64,000 nt of DNA from an uncultured Gemmatimonadales bacterium (GTDB lineage Bacteria > Gemmatimonadota > Gemmatimonadetes > Gemmatimonadales > GWC2-71-9): the NCBI GenBank assembly GCA_963828735.1, contig CAWHFW010000002.1:384001-448000 (forward strand). The letters run 5' to 3'. Positions 1 through 9,604 of this stretch are shown piece by piece. Under the pieces are notes generated by a model. The model searched no databases and was not told where the DNA came from. It saw only the letters and a program-made list of their open reading frames with translations. Position 1 is the first letter of the stretch, and the number at the start of each line of letters is the position of its first letter. Position numbers and translations under genes: made by a program.

Positions 1-623
1 GCCGCCCCCAGCTCGAGGTTGGCCAACGCGCCCCGCATGAGGGGAACATAGAGTGACGCCGCATCCTCGTTCCGCACCCCAGCCCGGTGCGCCAACTGCT
101 CGGCTATGTCGGCCAGCGCCACGAGGTAGTTCGAGGCGAACACAGCTCCCGCATGATACGCCGGCTTGCCGCCGGGCGCGAGACGGACCGGCCGCATGCC
201 GAGGGCCGTGGCGAGACGCTCGCCGGCGTCAAGCGCGCGGTCATCGCCCTCGAGGCCCGCGAACGCCCCCCGCAGGAGGCCAGATGCGCTGGCCGGGTCG
301 GCGATCGATTGAAGCGGGTGAAAGGACCCGAGTCCCGCGCCGGTGAATGCAAGCGTCTGCAGTGCGAGTCGATCCAGCAGGCCCGAGAGGTGAAGCACGA
401 CCTGGGCTTCGGTGATGGCCTCCTCCCGAGCCAGCTCTGCCGCGGCGCTTCCGATGGCATCGTCAGGCGTCGCGATGAGGACGAGCGAGGCTGTCAGGGT
501 ATCCTGTGGTGCCCGAGCTCTACCCAGGAGTCGGACCGGAATCCCGGCATCGGTCAATGCCGCCGCGAGCCCGCGGCCCATCCGGCCGGTACCCACGATG
601 GCGACTGAGCCGGGGGCGGTCAT
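1..623 (-). CDS. Rossmann-like/DUF2520 family oxidoreductase (runs off window edge)
   Basis: Hand translation from ATG 623: VAIVGTGRMG (GxGxxG), VLHLSG, SFHPLQS, KPAYHAGAVFASNY; not in ORF track because no stop lies within the window. Confidence 0.8.
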   Translation of the reverse strand, partial: MTAPGSVAIVGTGRMGRGLAAALTDAGIPVRLLGRARAPQDTLTASLVLIATPDDAIGSAAAELAREEAITEAQVVLHLSGLLDRLALQTLAFTGAGLGSFHPLQSIADPASASGLLRGAFAGLEGDDRALDAGERLATALGMRPVRLAPGGKPAYHAGAVFASNYLVALADIAEQLAHRAGVRNEDAASLYVPLMRGALANLELGA

Positions 624-657
624 ACGCGGGACCCTCGGGGGGCCGTACCGCGAACGC

Positions 658-695
658 GACGAAGGGGGCATGCCTGAGCGCATGCCCCCTTCGTC
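658..695. terminator. Perfect 16-bp hairpin downstream of ctpA
   Basis: GACGAAGGGGGCATGC (658-673) pairs with GCATGCCCCCTTCGTC (680-695); no strong U-tract. Confidence 0.55.
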
Positions 696-732
696 CGTGT
701 CGGCGTGATCCCGAGCGAGCCCACCGCCCGAA

Positions 733-2379
733 TCAGTTCTGCGCCGGCACCGCCGCCCGGTTCGAGGTCGCGAGAATCATCAGCTCCCGAGGCGAGCCGG
801 CCTTCCGCAGCAGGCCCATCGCCGTCTGAAGCTGCTTGTCATCCTGTGCGCGCCGACGGAACTCGGCAGGGCGGCCGAAGACGTACCGCGCGATCTCGTA
901 GCCGAGCTGCTCGGTGATCAGCTCGTTGGCGCCGCCGTAGACTTGGGGCGTGATCTCGATGCCCTTCGCGCGGAGCCGCTCGTAGATCTGTTGGCGCATG
1001 TCGGGGGTCACGGTGAACGCCTCGGACTTGACGGTGCCGCTCTTCTTGGCCTCGAGCGCGTAGGTCGTGAGCACGTCCCGATACTCCGGCAGATGGCTGC
1101 CGAGCGCCTTGGCGAACTCCTTTTCGCCGCCTGACAGGGTGTCAGGCCGGATGACGAGATCCGGCACGATGCCGCCGCCCCCGCGCACCACCCGGCCCGC
1201 GTCGGTGTGGAAGATCGGGCGACTGCGGATGGCGGAATCGCTGTGCTCCTTGTCGGGAAGGCCGGGTACCGTGTCGCCCGCCTCGATGGCGGCCTGGACT
1301 GCCTGGTCTTCCTCGTTCTTGGCGGTGCGCTGAATCGTGCGGCCGCTGGGCGTGTACCACCGAGCGGTCGTCAGCTTGAGCGCGACGCCGTCGCCGAGGG
1401 GGAACAGGGTCTGCACGAGCCCCTTGCCGAACGTCGGGGTCCCGACGACCACCGCCCGGTCATGATCCTGCAAGGCGCCCGCAATGATCTCCGCGGCGCT
1501 CGCGGTGCCGTCGTTGACGAGCACGACGATCGGCAGCTCGGGCCAGGACTGCTTGACCTCGTCGTAGAACTCCTTGGTGGACCCTCGCGCGCGGCCGCGC
1601 GTGGCCACGATCTCCTGCTTCTGGTCGAGGAACAGGTCCGCCACCTTCACGCCCTGGTCCAGCAGGCCGCCCGGGTTGAGCCGGAGGTCGAGAATGAGCG
1701 ACTTCATGCCCTTCGACTTCATCCCCGAGATCTCCGAGCGCAGCTCTTCTGCGGAGGTCTCCGCCACGGGGTTGAGCGAGATGTACCCGACGCCGGCATC
1801 GAACATGGTTCCGGCCGGCACCGACCGGATGTGAATCTGTGCGCGGGTCAGGGGGTACTTGATCGGGTCGGCCACGCCGGACCGTCGGACGGTGATCGTC
1901 ACCTTGCTGCCGGCTTCGCCGCGCAGCGACTTCACCGCCTCGTCGTTCTTCCAGCCTTCGGTGGACCGGCCGTCTACCTCGATGATCTGGTCGCCCGTGG
2001 CGACGCCGGCACGCTCGGCCGGTGTGTCGGGCAGCGGAGCGACGACGGTGATCCAGCCGTCGCGAACGTCGATCTGGATGCCGAGGCCGGCATAATTACC
2101 CGACGTCTGCTCGGTCAGCGCCTTGTAGTCGTCGCCCGTGAGCAGGACCGAATAGGGATCCTTCAGCTGCTCGAGCATGCCGCGCGTGGCGCGATCGTAC
2201 AGGTCAGTCTCGCCGATGGAATCCACGTAGTACGCGCTGACGTGGCCGAGCACGTCGTCGAAGAGGCGCGCCTGCTGGTAGACGTTGCCGCCGCTGGCCA
2301 CGCCCCGCTGCAGCAGCCAGCCGCCGCTCAAGAACGAGATCGCCGCCACCAGCACGATCAGCCCCCAACGCTGCTTCAT
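733..2379 (-). CDS. ctpA: S41 carboxyl-terminal processing protease with PDZ domain
   Basis: N-terminal TM; GLGI PDZ loop; DLRxNPGG, TASAAE (Ser), TFGKG (Lys); GGAGG RBS before ATG 2379. Confidence 0.9.
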   Translation of the reverse strand: MKQRWGLIVLVAAISFLSGGWLLQRGVASGGNVYQQARLFDDVLGHVSAYYVDSIGETDLYDRATRGMLEQLKDPYSVLLTGDDYKALTEQTSGNYAGLGIQIDVRDGWITVVAPLPDTPAERAGVATGDQIIEVDGRSTEGWKNDEAVKSLRGEAGSKVTITVRRSGVADPIKYPLTRAQIHIRSVPAGTMFDAGVGYISLNPVAETSAEELRSEISGMKSKGMKSLILDLRLNPGGLLDQGVKVADLFLDQKQEIVATRGRARGSTKEFYDEVKQSWPELPIVVLVNDGTASAAEIIAGALQDHDRAVVVGTPTFGKGLVQTLFPLGDGVALKLTTARWYTPSGRTIQRTAKNEEDQAVQAAIEAGDTVPGLPDKEHSDSAIRSRPIFHTDAGRVVRGGGGIVPDLVIRPDTLSGGEKEFAKALGSHLPEYRDVLTTYALEAKKSGTVKSEAFTVTPDMRQQIYERLRAKGIEITPQVYGGANELITEQLGYEIARYVFGRPAEFRRRAQDDKQLQTAMGLLRKAGSPRELMILATSNRAAVPAQN

Positions 2380-2516
2380 ACCCGCCTCCGGTCCTGCGGA
2401 ATGCCCGCGACCACCGTGCATGCACGGTGCTCAGTCTGTACGAGCCGGCGGCCGATTGCCGTTCTGTGCCGGCGGCCGACTGCTCGGATGGATCGCTCGC
2501 GTGCCACGATGTAAAC

Positions 2517-3158
2517 CTAACCTGCCGTGGCGCCGAACCGTTCCGGGTCCGTGGCCGCCACGGCCTCCCACGCCTCCTGCAAGAGCCGGTCCGGAGGAAG
2601 CGCCGCATCCAAATGTCGCACTCCGTTCCCGCGCGCCGCCAGATAGTAGTCCAGCACCCGGCGATGGAACTCGAGGCTCTCGGCGTCGAGACGGTCGAGC
2701 CGTTTGCCCGCGGCGACCTGCCGGGCCCGTCCGACCTCGGGCGCAAGATCCAGGATGAGCGTCAGGTCCGGCGTGAGTCCGCCTGCCGCCGCCCGGTTGG
2801 CCGGGAGCACCACGTCGGCCGGCAGTCCGCGGCCGATCATCTGGTACGCTTCGGTGGACATCGTGAAGCGGTCCGACAGCACGACGCGTCCCGCGGCCAG
2901 CGCCGGCGCGATGACGGTCGCGACCAGCTCGGCGCGGGCGGCCAGATAGAAAAAAAGCTCGGCGACCGCGCCCACCGGATGGTCGGGATCGAGCACCGCC
3001 TGCCGGGCGATCTCCCCCGCCCGCGTGCCGCCAGGCTCCCGCACGACGACGGGATCCACGCCGGCGGCTCGCATGCGGTCCGCCAGCGGCTTCGCCAGGG
3101 TCGACTTGCCCGAGCCCTCGGGCCCCTCCAGAACGACGAAGAGTCCCCTGGCGCTCAT
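2517..3158 (-). CDS. tmk: Thymidylate kinase
   Basis: LEGPEGSGKST P-loop, REPGGT, SDRF motifs. Confidence 0.95.
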   Translation of the reverse strand: MSARGLFVVLEGPEGSGKSTLAKPLADRMRAAGVDPVVVREPGGTRAGEIARQAVLDPDHPVGAVAELFFYLAARAELVATVIAPALAAGRVVLSDRFTMSTEAYQMIGRGLPADVVLPANRAAAGGLTPDLTLILDLAPEVGRARQVAAGKRLDRLDAESLEFHRRVLDYYLAARGNGVRHLDAALPPDRLLQEAWEAVAATDPERFGATAG

Positions 3159-3508
3159 CCCAGCGTGATGATGCTACTGCTGGCGCCCTTCTCCATCCCC
3201 TCGCTGATCTGCTGATTCACCTTGGCCATCAACTTCTCGAAGTTCGAGCGAGCCACGACGTACGCCTGGCCGACGGGACTCATTTCCAGATCGCGGACGG
3301 CCGTCTCGTAGGACTCGGCGGTGGTCTGATCCGGCATCTGACCGCCGGAGACTATTTGGTCCACCTGGCGTGCCAGCGTCTGGATCTGGTCCAGCTTGGC
3401 GACCGTGTCCTTGTCCTCGCGGAGCGCGGCTTCCGCGCGCCGGAGGGCCTGGTACTCCGCGGATTGCCCGATGAGCCTCCCGAGATCCTGCGCCTTGTCC
3501 CAGATCAC
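3155..3508 (-). CDS. YlbF/YmcA-like helical protein
   Basis: GTG 3508 overlaps prmC stop; IWDKAQDLGRLIGQSAEY pattern typical of Com_YlbF. Confidence 0.7.
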   Translation of the reverse strand: MIWDKAQDLGRLIGQSAEYQALRRAEAALREDKDTVAKLDQIQTLARQVDQIVSGGQMPDQTTAESYETAVRDLEMSPVGQAYVVARSNFEKLMAKVNQQISEGMEKGASSSIITLG

Positions 3509-4362
3509 GCGGCATCGCTCCTGCGCGCGAGCAGGTATCGCTCGCGGCCAAAAAGGTCCGGATGAACGGCGACGTCGGTCCAGCCCGACGCGCCGGCGCG
3601 CGCGGCACATCGGGCCGCACGCGCCACATCGATCTCCAGCGCCAGCCATCCGCCTGGGCGAAGCACGCGCCGGCCATCGTTCAGCAGGCGGTCGATCGCC
3701 TCGAGCCCGTCCGCACCACCCACCAGCGCCTGCTCCGGTTCCCACTCGCGAACCGACGAATCCAGCGTGGCATATTCGCCAGCCGTAAGATAGGGGGGAT
3801 TCGACACCAGCGCGTCGAGGCTGGCCGAGCGGAGCGACGCGGTGAGATCGCCGCGGACGAGCGCCACGCTCGCGCCGACCCGCCGCCGATTCTCCTCCGC
3901 CAGCGCCAGCGCGTCGGCCGAGCGGTCGATGCCCACGATACGATCGAAGCCGCCTTCGGTTGCCAGGCTCAGGGCGATGCAGCCGGTCCCAGTACCTACG
4001 TCGGCCACGTGGCCCACGCGGACGCGAGCCAGGAGGAGCTCGACGAGGCCCTCGGTCTCCGGACGCGGAATCAGCGCGCGGCGATCAGTCCGAAGGGTGA
4101 GGTGTCGAAACCCGGTCCAGCCGGTGACATGGGCCAGGGGCTCCCCCGCCGCGCGACGTCGAACCGCGGCAAGGAATGCCGCGGCCCGCTCGGACGACAC
4201 CGGCTCGTCGGCATCCAAAGACGCCCGAGCCGTCCAGCCACCTTCGAGGCCGCTCCAGATCCGCAATGCTTCGCGTCGGGCATCGCCAATGCCCGTCGCC
4301 CCGAGCGTCGCCACGGCGTCGGCGACCAGGCCGCGCCGCGTGAGGCCGAGGTCAGAGGCCAT
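3505..4362 (-). CDS. prmC: Release factor glutamine methyltransferase
   Basis: ALIPRPETE, DVGTGTG, SNPPY; directly downstream of prfA. Confidence 0.95.
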   Translation of the reverse strand: MASDLGLTRRGLVADAVATLGATGIGDARREALRIWSGLEGGWTARASLDADEPVSSERAAAFLAAVRRRAAGEPLAHVTGWTGFRHLTLRTDRRALIPRPETEGLVELLLARVRVGHVADVGTGTGCIALSLATEGGFDRIVGIDRSADALALAEENRRRVGASVALVRGDLTASLRSASLDALVSNPPYLTAGEYATLDSSVREWEPEQALVGGADGLEAIDRLLNDGRRVLRPGGWLALEIDVARAARCAARAGASGWTDVAVHPDLFGRERYLLARRSDAA

Positions 4363-5410
4363 CCTGCTCCTGCCGGCTCGCCATGCGAAGCGCTTCGACC
4401 AGATCGTCGAGGTCCCCATCAATCACGTCCGCGAGGTTGTGCACCGACAGATTGATCCGGTGATCGGTCACGCGGCTCTGCGGGAAGTTGTACGTCCGGA
4501 TCTTGGCGGAGCGATCGCCGGTGCCCACCATCGCGCGGCGATCGCGGGCGCGGGTCGCCTCCTGTTCGGCGATCATGCGATCGAGCAGACGAGCGCGGAG
4601 CACTTCCATCGCCTTGAGCTTGTTCTGCAGCTGCGATTTCTGATCCTGCTGGCTCACGACCACGCCGCTCGGCAGGTGAGTGATGCGGACCGCGCTATCG
4701 GTCGTGTTCACGCTCTGGCCTCCGGGACCCGATGAGCGGAAGACGTCGATCTTGAGGTCCTTGTCCTCGATCTTGATATCGACCTCCTCCGCCTCTGGCA
4801 GCACGGCCACGGTTGCCGCTGAGGTATGGATCCGCCCCTGCGTCTCGGTGGCGGGGACCCTCTGCACGCGATGTACCCCGGACTCGCGCCGCAGCAGGCC
4901 GTAGGCCTCGGGTCCGCGCACGGCGACGATCGCCTCCTTGATCCCGCCGAGGGTGCCGTCGCTCAGCGACATCGGCTCCCAACGGAGGCCGTGACGCTCG
5001 GAGTAGCGCTGGTACATTCGGTAGAGATCGGCGGCAAACAGGGCGGCTTCGTCCCCACCGGTTCCCGCGCGGATCTCCACGATGGCATCGCGATCGTCAT
5101 GCGGGTCGCGAGGGATGAGGAGCTCGTGCAGCTCCGCCTCGATCGGGGCGATCTCCGGCGGGAGGCGCGCCAGATCCGCCCGGGCCAACGCAGCAAGCTC
5201 GGGATCCGCCTCATCGGCGAGCTCCCGAGCCTGTTCGAGGTCACTCTCGAGCCTGGCGAGCCGCTCGGCCAAGCGGACGACCGGCACGAGCCGCGCATGC
5301 TCCCGACCGAGGGACTGGAGCTGTGCCGGATCCTTGGCGACCGCCGGGTTGGCTAGGAGTCGCTCGACCTCCTCCGCCCGCTGCAGCGCCTGGCGGAGTC
5401 GAGCCTCCAT
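4352..5410 (-). CDS. prfA: Peptide chain release factor 1
   Basis: GTGGDEA, VQRVPAT (PxT), GGQ, RTYNFPQ. Confidence 0.97.
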   Translation of the reverse strand: MEARLRQALQRAEEVERLLANPAVAKDPAQLQSLGREHARLVPVVRLAERLARLESDLEQARELADEADPELAALARADLARLPPEIAPIEAELHELLIPRDPHDDRDAIVEIRAGTGGDEAALFAADLYRMYQRYSERHGLRWEPMSLSDGTLGGIKEAIVAVRGPEAYGLLRRESGVHRVQRVPATETQGRIHTSAATVAVLPEAEEVDIKIEDKDLKIDVFRSSGPGGQSVNTTDSAVRITHLPSGVVVSQQDQKSQLQNKLKAMEVLRARLLDRMIAEQEATRARDRRAMVGTGDRSAKIRTYNFPQSRVTDHRINLSVHNLADVIDGDLDDLVEALRMASRQEQDGL

Positions 5411-5413
5411 GCC

Positions 5414-5632
5414 CTACGCCTTGGCGGGAGCGGACTCGGTCTGGTACTTCCGGCGGAACCGGTCGACGCGACCGGCGGTGTCCACCAGCCGCTGCTTGCC
5501 GGTGAAGTAAGGGTGGCACTGCGCGCAGACTTCGACGTGGATCGAGGCGGCGGTCGAACGGGTCTCGAACGAGTTGCCGCAGGCGCAGACGGCTGTGAGC
5601 TTCTTGTAGCTCGGGTGCAGATCGGGCTTCAC
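5414..5632 (-). CDS. rpmE: 50S ribosomal protein L31 (Zn-binding type)
   Basis: [22 protein letters not shown]. Confidence 0.97.
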   Translation of the reverse strand: MKPDLHPSYKKLTAVCACGNSFETRSTAASIHVEVCAQCHPYFTGKQRLVDTAGRVDRFRRKYQTESAPAKA

Positions 5633-5885
5633 TGTCCAAATCCTCGGGTTAGTGCGAAGCCGGTAAAGCTAGCTGGGGTGAAGGGTTAATGGAAGGGTGG
5701 AGGCGGCCGGGCGGCCGGGCGAAGGTGCGGTCGCTCGGAGCGCTGCCGGGATCCCTGCCGCGAGTCTGACAGTCGCTCGGTGGCCCCCGCCGCCGCCACG
5801 GGACCCTGCGCTTTCTCCCGCTCGAACGAGGTGGCGGTCGGGTCCCTCGGTTGCTCACACCGTTCAATGTGAGCCCTCCATCCGA

Positions 5886-5915
5886 TTGACATGACCACCC
5901 AGACGCAAGTATTGT
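5886..5915 (+). promoter_or_regulatory. Sigma-70-type promoter of Crp/Fnr gene
   Basis: TTGACA (5886-5891), N18, TATTGT (5910-5915); GGAGG RBS before GTG 5950. Confidence 0.6.
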
Positions 5916-5949
5916 ATCGCCAATTACTTCCGCTTTCACGGAGGCACGA

Positions 5950-6627
5950 GTGCCGCTGGCCCCCATCGAAGTCCTGCGCAAAGTCCCCCTCTTTGCCGGC
6001 CTGGGAGAGAGTGACCTCGTGGCGTTCGCCGAGCTGACGCGCGAACGGAGCTACCCCAAAGGCAGCGTCATCGTCTTCGAGGATGACCCCGGCGACGCCC
6101 TGTATCTCGTGGCGGCAGGCCAGGTCAAAGTCGTCATCATCGCCGAGGACGGCCGCGAAGTCATCCTGTCGGTGCTGGGCGAAGGCAGCTTTTTCGGCGA
6201 GATGGCGGTCATCGACGACGAGCCCCGCTCGGCGCACGTGATCGCGATGGAGGACTCGGGCCTCCTGGTGCTGCGGCGCGAAGATTTCTACGCGCGCCTG
6301 CGCAGCTCGCCGGAGGTGGCGATCTCGCTGCTGCGCGAGATCTCGCGCCGGCTTCGCCGTGCCGACGAGAAGATCGGGAGCCTGGTCCTGCTCGACGTCA
6401 ACGGGCGGGTCGCCCACCTGTTGCTCCGGATGGCCGACGACGAAGGCGGCGACCGCATCAGCCGGAAGCTCACCCACCACACCATCGCGCAGATGATCGG
6501 CTCCAGCCGGGAGACGGTGTCCCGGACCATGCGGAACCTCGTCGAGCGCGGCATCATCCAGGTGACACGCAAGGAGATCACTCTCCGCGACCGGCGTTCG
6601 CTCATGCTGGCCGCGCGACGGGCGTGA
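5950..6627 (+). CDS. Crp/Fnr family transcriptional regulator
   Basis: cNMP-binding FGEMA...PRSA; HTH IGSSRETVSR. Confidence 0.92.
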   Translation: MPLAPIEVLRKVPLFAGLGESDLVAFAELTRERSYPKGSVIVFEDDPGDALYLVAAGQVKVVIIAEDGREVILSVLGEGSFFGEMAVIDDEPRSAHVIAMEDSGLLVLRREDFYARLRSSPEVAISLLREISRRLRRADEKIGSLVLLDVNGRVAHLLLRMADDEGGDRISRKLTHHTIAQMIGSSRETVSRTMRNLVERGIIQVTRKEITLRDRRSLMLAARRA

Positions 6628-6717
6628 ACGTAGTCACGGCAGGGTTGTGACTCGAACCGTCGCTCGCGCGGTCGTACCCCAGCGAGCTTGGCACATGGTC
6701 CGTATTCCGATGGGTCG

Positions 6718-7590
6718 GTGGCCGTGCCGTACCGCCTGACCTTCTGGGGGACGCGCGGGTCGATTCCGACGCCGGGGCCCCAGACGAACCGGTACGGCGG
6801 CAACACGGCCTGCCTCAGCATCACCGGGGACGGCGACCGGCTGGTCATTCTCGACGCCGGCAGCGGCATTCGGCCACTGGGTCACCAGCTCATGTCCCAG
6901 CGCCAAAGGACGATCGCGGCGGACATCCTGCTCTCGCATACCCACTGGGATCACATCCAGGGACTGCCCTTCTTCAAGCCGCTGAGCGCCAGCGGCAACC
7001 GGTTTTGCGTCTACGGCGCGGCGCAAGGCGACGTGCCCCTCCAGGAGATCCTTCGGCGCCAGATGGACCCGGTGGTCTTTCCGATCCCGCTCGAGGCGCT
7101 GGCGGCCAAGTTCGAGGTCCACGACATCGCCGAAGGGGAATTTCCACTCCACGGGTTTCGCGTGCGGGCGTTCCGGCTTCGTCATCCCGGGGAGACGTTC
7201 GGTTACCGGCTGGCGCCGGCCAATGGAGGCCGGGACGTCGCCTACGTGACCGACAACGAGCTCGGCACCGGTGGCACCTACCCTGTCGCCGCCGATTGGC
7301 GGCAGCGGCTGGTGGAGTTCCTGGGCGGCACCGACACGCTGATTCACGACGCCATGTATTCCGACCAGTTCATTCAGCAGCGTGCCGGCTGGGGGCACTC
7401 GACGCCGCGGCAGGCGGTGGACCTCGCGGCAGAGGCCGACTGCCGCCGCGTGATCCTGTTCCACCACGAGCCGGAGAACGACGACGGCATGCTCGACCAG
7501 CTGTTGGCCGACGCCCGCGAGCACGCGCGACGGGTCGCCCCCGCGCTGGTCGTCGAGGCCGCGATGGAGGGCGACGGATTCTCGCTCTGA
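6718..7590 (+). CDS. MBL-fold metallo-hydrolase (RNase Z / cyclic-nucleotide phosphodiesterase-like)
   Basis: WGTRGSIP, YGGNTAC, HTHWDHIQG, GWGHS, FHHEP; start codon uncertain (6688/6718/6724). Confidence 0.85.
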   Translation: MAVPYRLTFWGTRGSIPTPGPQTNRYGGNTACLSITGDGDRLVILDAGSGIRPLGHQLMSQRQRTIAADILLSHTHWDHIQGLPFFKPLSASGNRFCVYGAAQGDVPLQEILRRQMDPVVFPIPLEALAAKFEVHDIAEGEFPLHGFRVRAFRLRHPGETFGYRLAPANGGRDVAYVTDNELGTGGTYPVAADWRQRLVEFLGGTDTLIHDAMYSDQFIQQRAGWGHSTPRQAVDLAAEADCRRVILFHHEPENDDGMLDQLLADAREHARRVAPALVVEAAMEGDGFSL

Positions 7591-7600
7591 GGAGGTCGCG

Positions 7601-8302
7601 ATGACGGGGACGATCCGGTGGAGCCTCGCGCTCGCAACGGCCACGGCCGCGACGGTCCCGCTTCGCGCGCAAGGCGCGCCGCCAGTGATCGCGGTGCTGC
7701 CGTTCGAGAACACCGGCTCGTACGGTCAGGACAAGGAGTCCTTCGAGGCACTCGAGATCGGTCTGCCACGAATTCTGGCGTCGACGCTGGCCGCGCACCC
7801 TGGTGCGCGGGTCGCGGATCACGCGCGAATGCGCCAGGCGCTCGAACAGCAGAAGCTCGGCGCGACCCGTCGGCTCGACGCCGCGTCGGCGACCGCGGTG
7901 GCGAAAGCGGTCGGGGCGCGGTACGCCATCACCGGCAGCTTCGCCGATTTCTACGGCAAGTTTCGCATCACGACGCGGGTGGTGGACGCGGAGACCGGGC
8001 AAATCCTGAAGGTCGTGTCCAACGACGATCCGAAGCTGCAGGACCGCGACCAGCTCGGCGCGATCGTCCAGCAGGTGGCGGATCGCATCGTTACCGCCGC
8101 GGGCCTCGCTCCATACCCGGCGGACATCGCGGCGAAGCGCCGAGCCGTCCCCACGGAGGCGCTCACGGACTTCAGTCGAGGTCTGATGTATGAGGATCGC
8201 GGCGACCGTACCAAGGCCGCCGAGGCCTATCAGCGCGCGCTCACCGCCGCGCCCGACTGGACAGATCCGCGTGACGGACTCCAGCGGGTCCGCGCGGGAT
8301 AA
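7601..8302 (+). CDS. Secreted CsgG/TolB-N-like domain protein with C-terminal TPR
   Basis: Signal peptide; IAVLPFEN motif; RVVDAETG; TPR-like C-terminus. Confidence 0.7.
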   Translation: MTGTIRWSLALATATAATVPLRAQGAPPVIAVLPFENTGSYGQDKESFEALEIGLPRILASTLAAHPGARVADHARMRQALEQQKLGATRRLDAASATAVAKAVGARYAITGSFADFYGKFRITTRVVDAETGQILKVVSNDDPKLQDRDQLGAIVQQVADRIVTAAGLAPYPADIAAKRRAVPTEALTDFSRGLMYEDRGDRTKAAEAYQRALTAAPDWTDPRDGLQRVRAG

Positions 8303-8314
8303 CGGAGCCCTGCG

Positions 8315-9604
8315 CTACCCGAGCCGATCGAGCGCGGCGGCGATCCCGACCTGAGCCGGCAGCGCGAGGGCGATGATCGGTCCGTTCACCTGATCGAACC
8401 CCGGCAGCAGCTTGAGCACCAGTCCCAGCAACGACAGGCCCGCCACCGCGGGTGCGACACGCCGCCATCCCACCGACATCGAGGGTCGCCGCACGACCGC
8501 GACAGCGGCCGGCCAGAGCAGCAGGGCGAACGGGCTGAGCTGGAACAGGTTCTCGTTCCGGTAGGCCATCACGTGATCCGTGAGCCCCCACAGGCCGGCG
8601 AGCACGAGTCCCGCGAGTCCCGCGACCACCGCCCAGCCGCCAGTGATCGTCAGGAACCCGAAGCGGGCCATTGCTGACGTTCGCGCGCGGCCCGCGAGCA
8701 TCAGGGCCGCGCCCCCGACGGCGAGCCCGACTGCGAGATACCATCCCACCCACGACGGCGGGGCCGCGGGTGGCGGAGAGGCCGACGACTCGAAGATGGT
8801 GCGCTCCGAACGCACGAGCGGCACGAGGGCACCACCGGGCCCGGGCACGGAGACGGTTCGGACCCAGTCCCGCATCTTGAGCGGCAGGAACATCTCCTCC
8901 CAGGCGGTAATGGGCCGATCCACCCCTTCCCCGAGGGCGGCGAGGAGGCCGGTGAAGATGAGCGGATCGTTGGCCGTGAGCCGCTGAGTATGGAACCGGT
9001 ACGTCGTCCCCGCGGGCACGGTGTCGGTCTGGCGGCGCAGGGCCCCGCTCAGGACGCGATCGACGGCATCGCGGACCCGCGTCGAGCAATTGTCCCTGTA
9101 GTAGTCGTAATGGTAGTAGCGGTGCTCGGGCTCGGCGTTCCATCGCAGGAATCGCTCGAGCTCCACCTTGGCGTCATGGGACAGTTCGAGCTCCTGAACC
9201 CAGACCGAGCGGTTGTCCCGCTCGTACTGCGCCACGTATCGAGGGGCGGGAAACCCGGCCATCCAATACCACATCTGCCCGCGCACGAACCGCAGCAGGA
9301 AGTTTTCCTGGTGAAAGTCGAACAAACCGTAGTTGTAGGCCTCGTCGGTCCCGTCTACCGGGTCGTGAATCCAGATCGCGTTGTGTCCGAATCGCTCCCA
9401 GACCTGCCGGCCCGGACCGAAGGTCATGAGGAAGACCTGAAGGGCCGCCGACGCATGATCGGGGGTCGGCGTGCCGGCCAAGGCTGGCGCACGTTGGGCG
9501 GAGCCGGACGCAGGCAGCGCCACGAGGCACGCCGCGAGGCCCACCGCACGGCTCCACGCGCCCAGCGCACGCGATCCGACCCGCCCCGCGCGGCCCCGCC
9601 TCAC
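8315..9604 (-). CDS. DUF4105 / Lnb-type lipoprotein N-acyltransferase-like membrane protein
   Basis: FGHNAIWI, YNYGLFDF, YDYYRDNCST, MFLP; C-terminal TM helices; GTG 9604 overlaps upstream stop. Confidence 0.75.
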   Translation of the reverse strand: MRRGRAGRVGSRALGAWSRAVGLAACLVALPASGSAQRAPALAGTPTPDHASAALQVFLMTFGPGRQVWERFGHNAIWIHDPVDGTDEAYNYGLFDFHQENFLLRFVRGQMWYWMAGFPAPRYVAQYERDNRSVWVQELELSHDAKVELERFLRWNAEPEHRYYHYDYYRDNCSTRVRDAVDRVLSGALRRQTDTVPAGTTYRFHTQRLTANDPLIFTGLLAALGEGVDRPITAWEEMFLPLKMRDWVRTVSVPGPGGALVPLVRSERTIFESSASPPPAAPPSWVGWYLAVGLAVGGAALMLAGRARTSAMARFGFLTITGGWAVVAGLAGLVLAGLWGLTDHVMAYRNENLFQLSPFALLLWPAAVAVVRRPSMSVGWRRVAPAVAGLSLLGLVLKLLPGFDQVNGPIIALALPAQVGIAAALDRLG

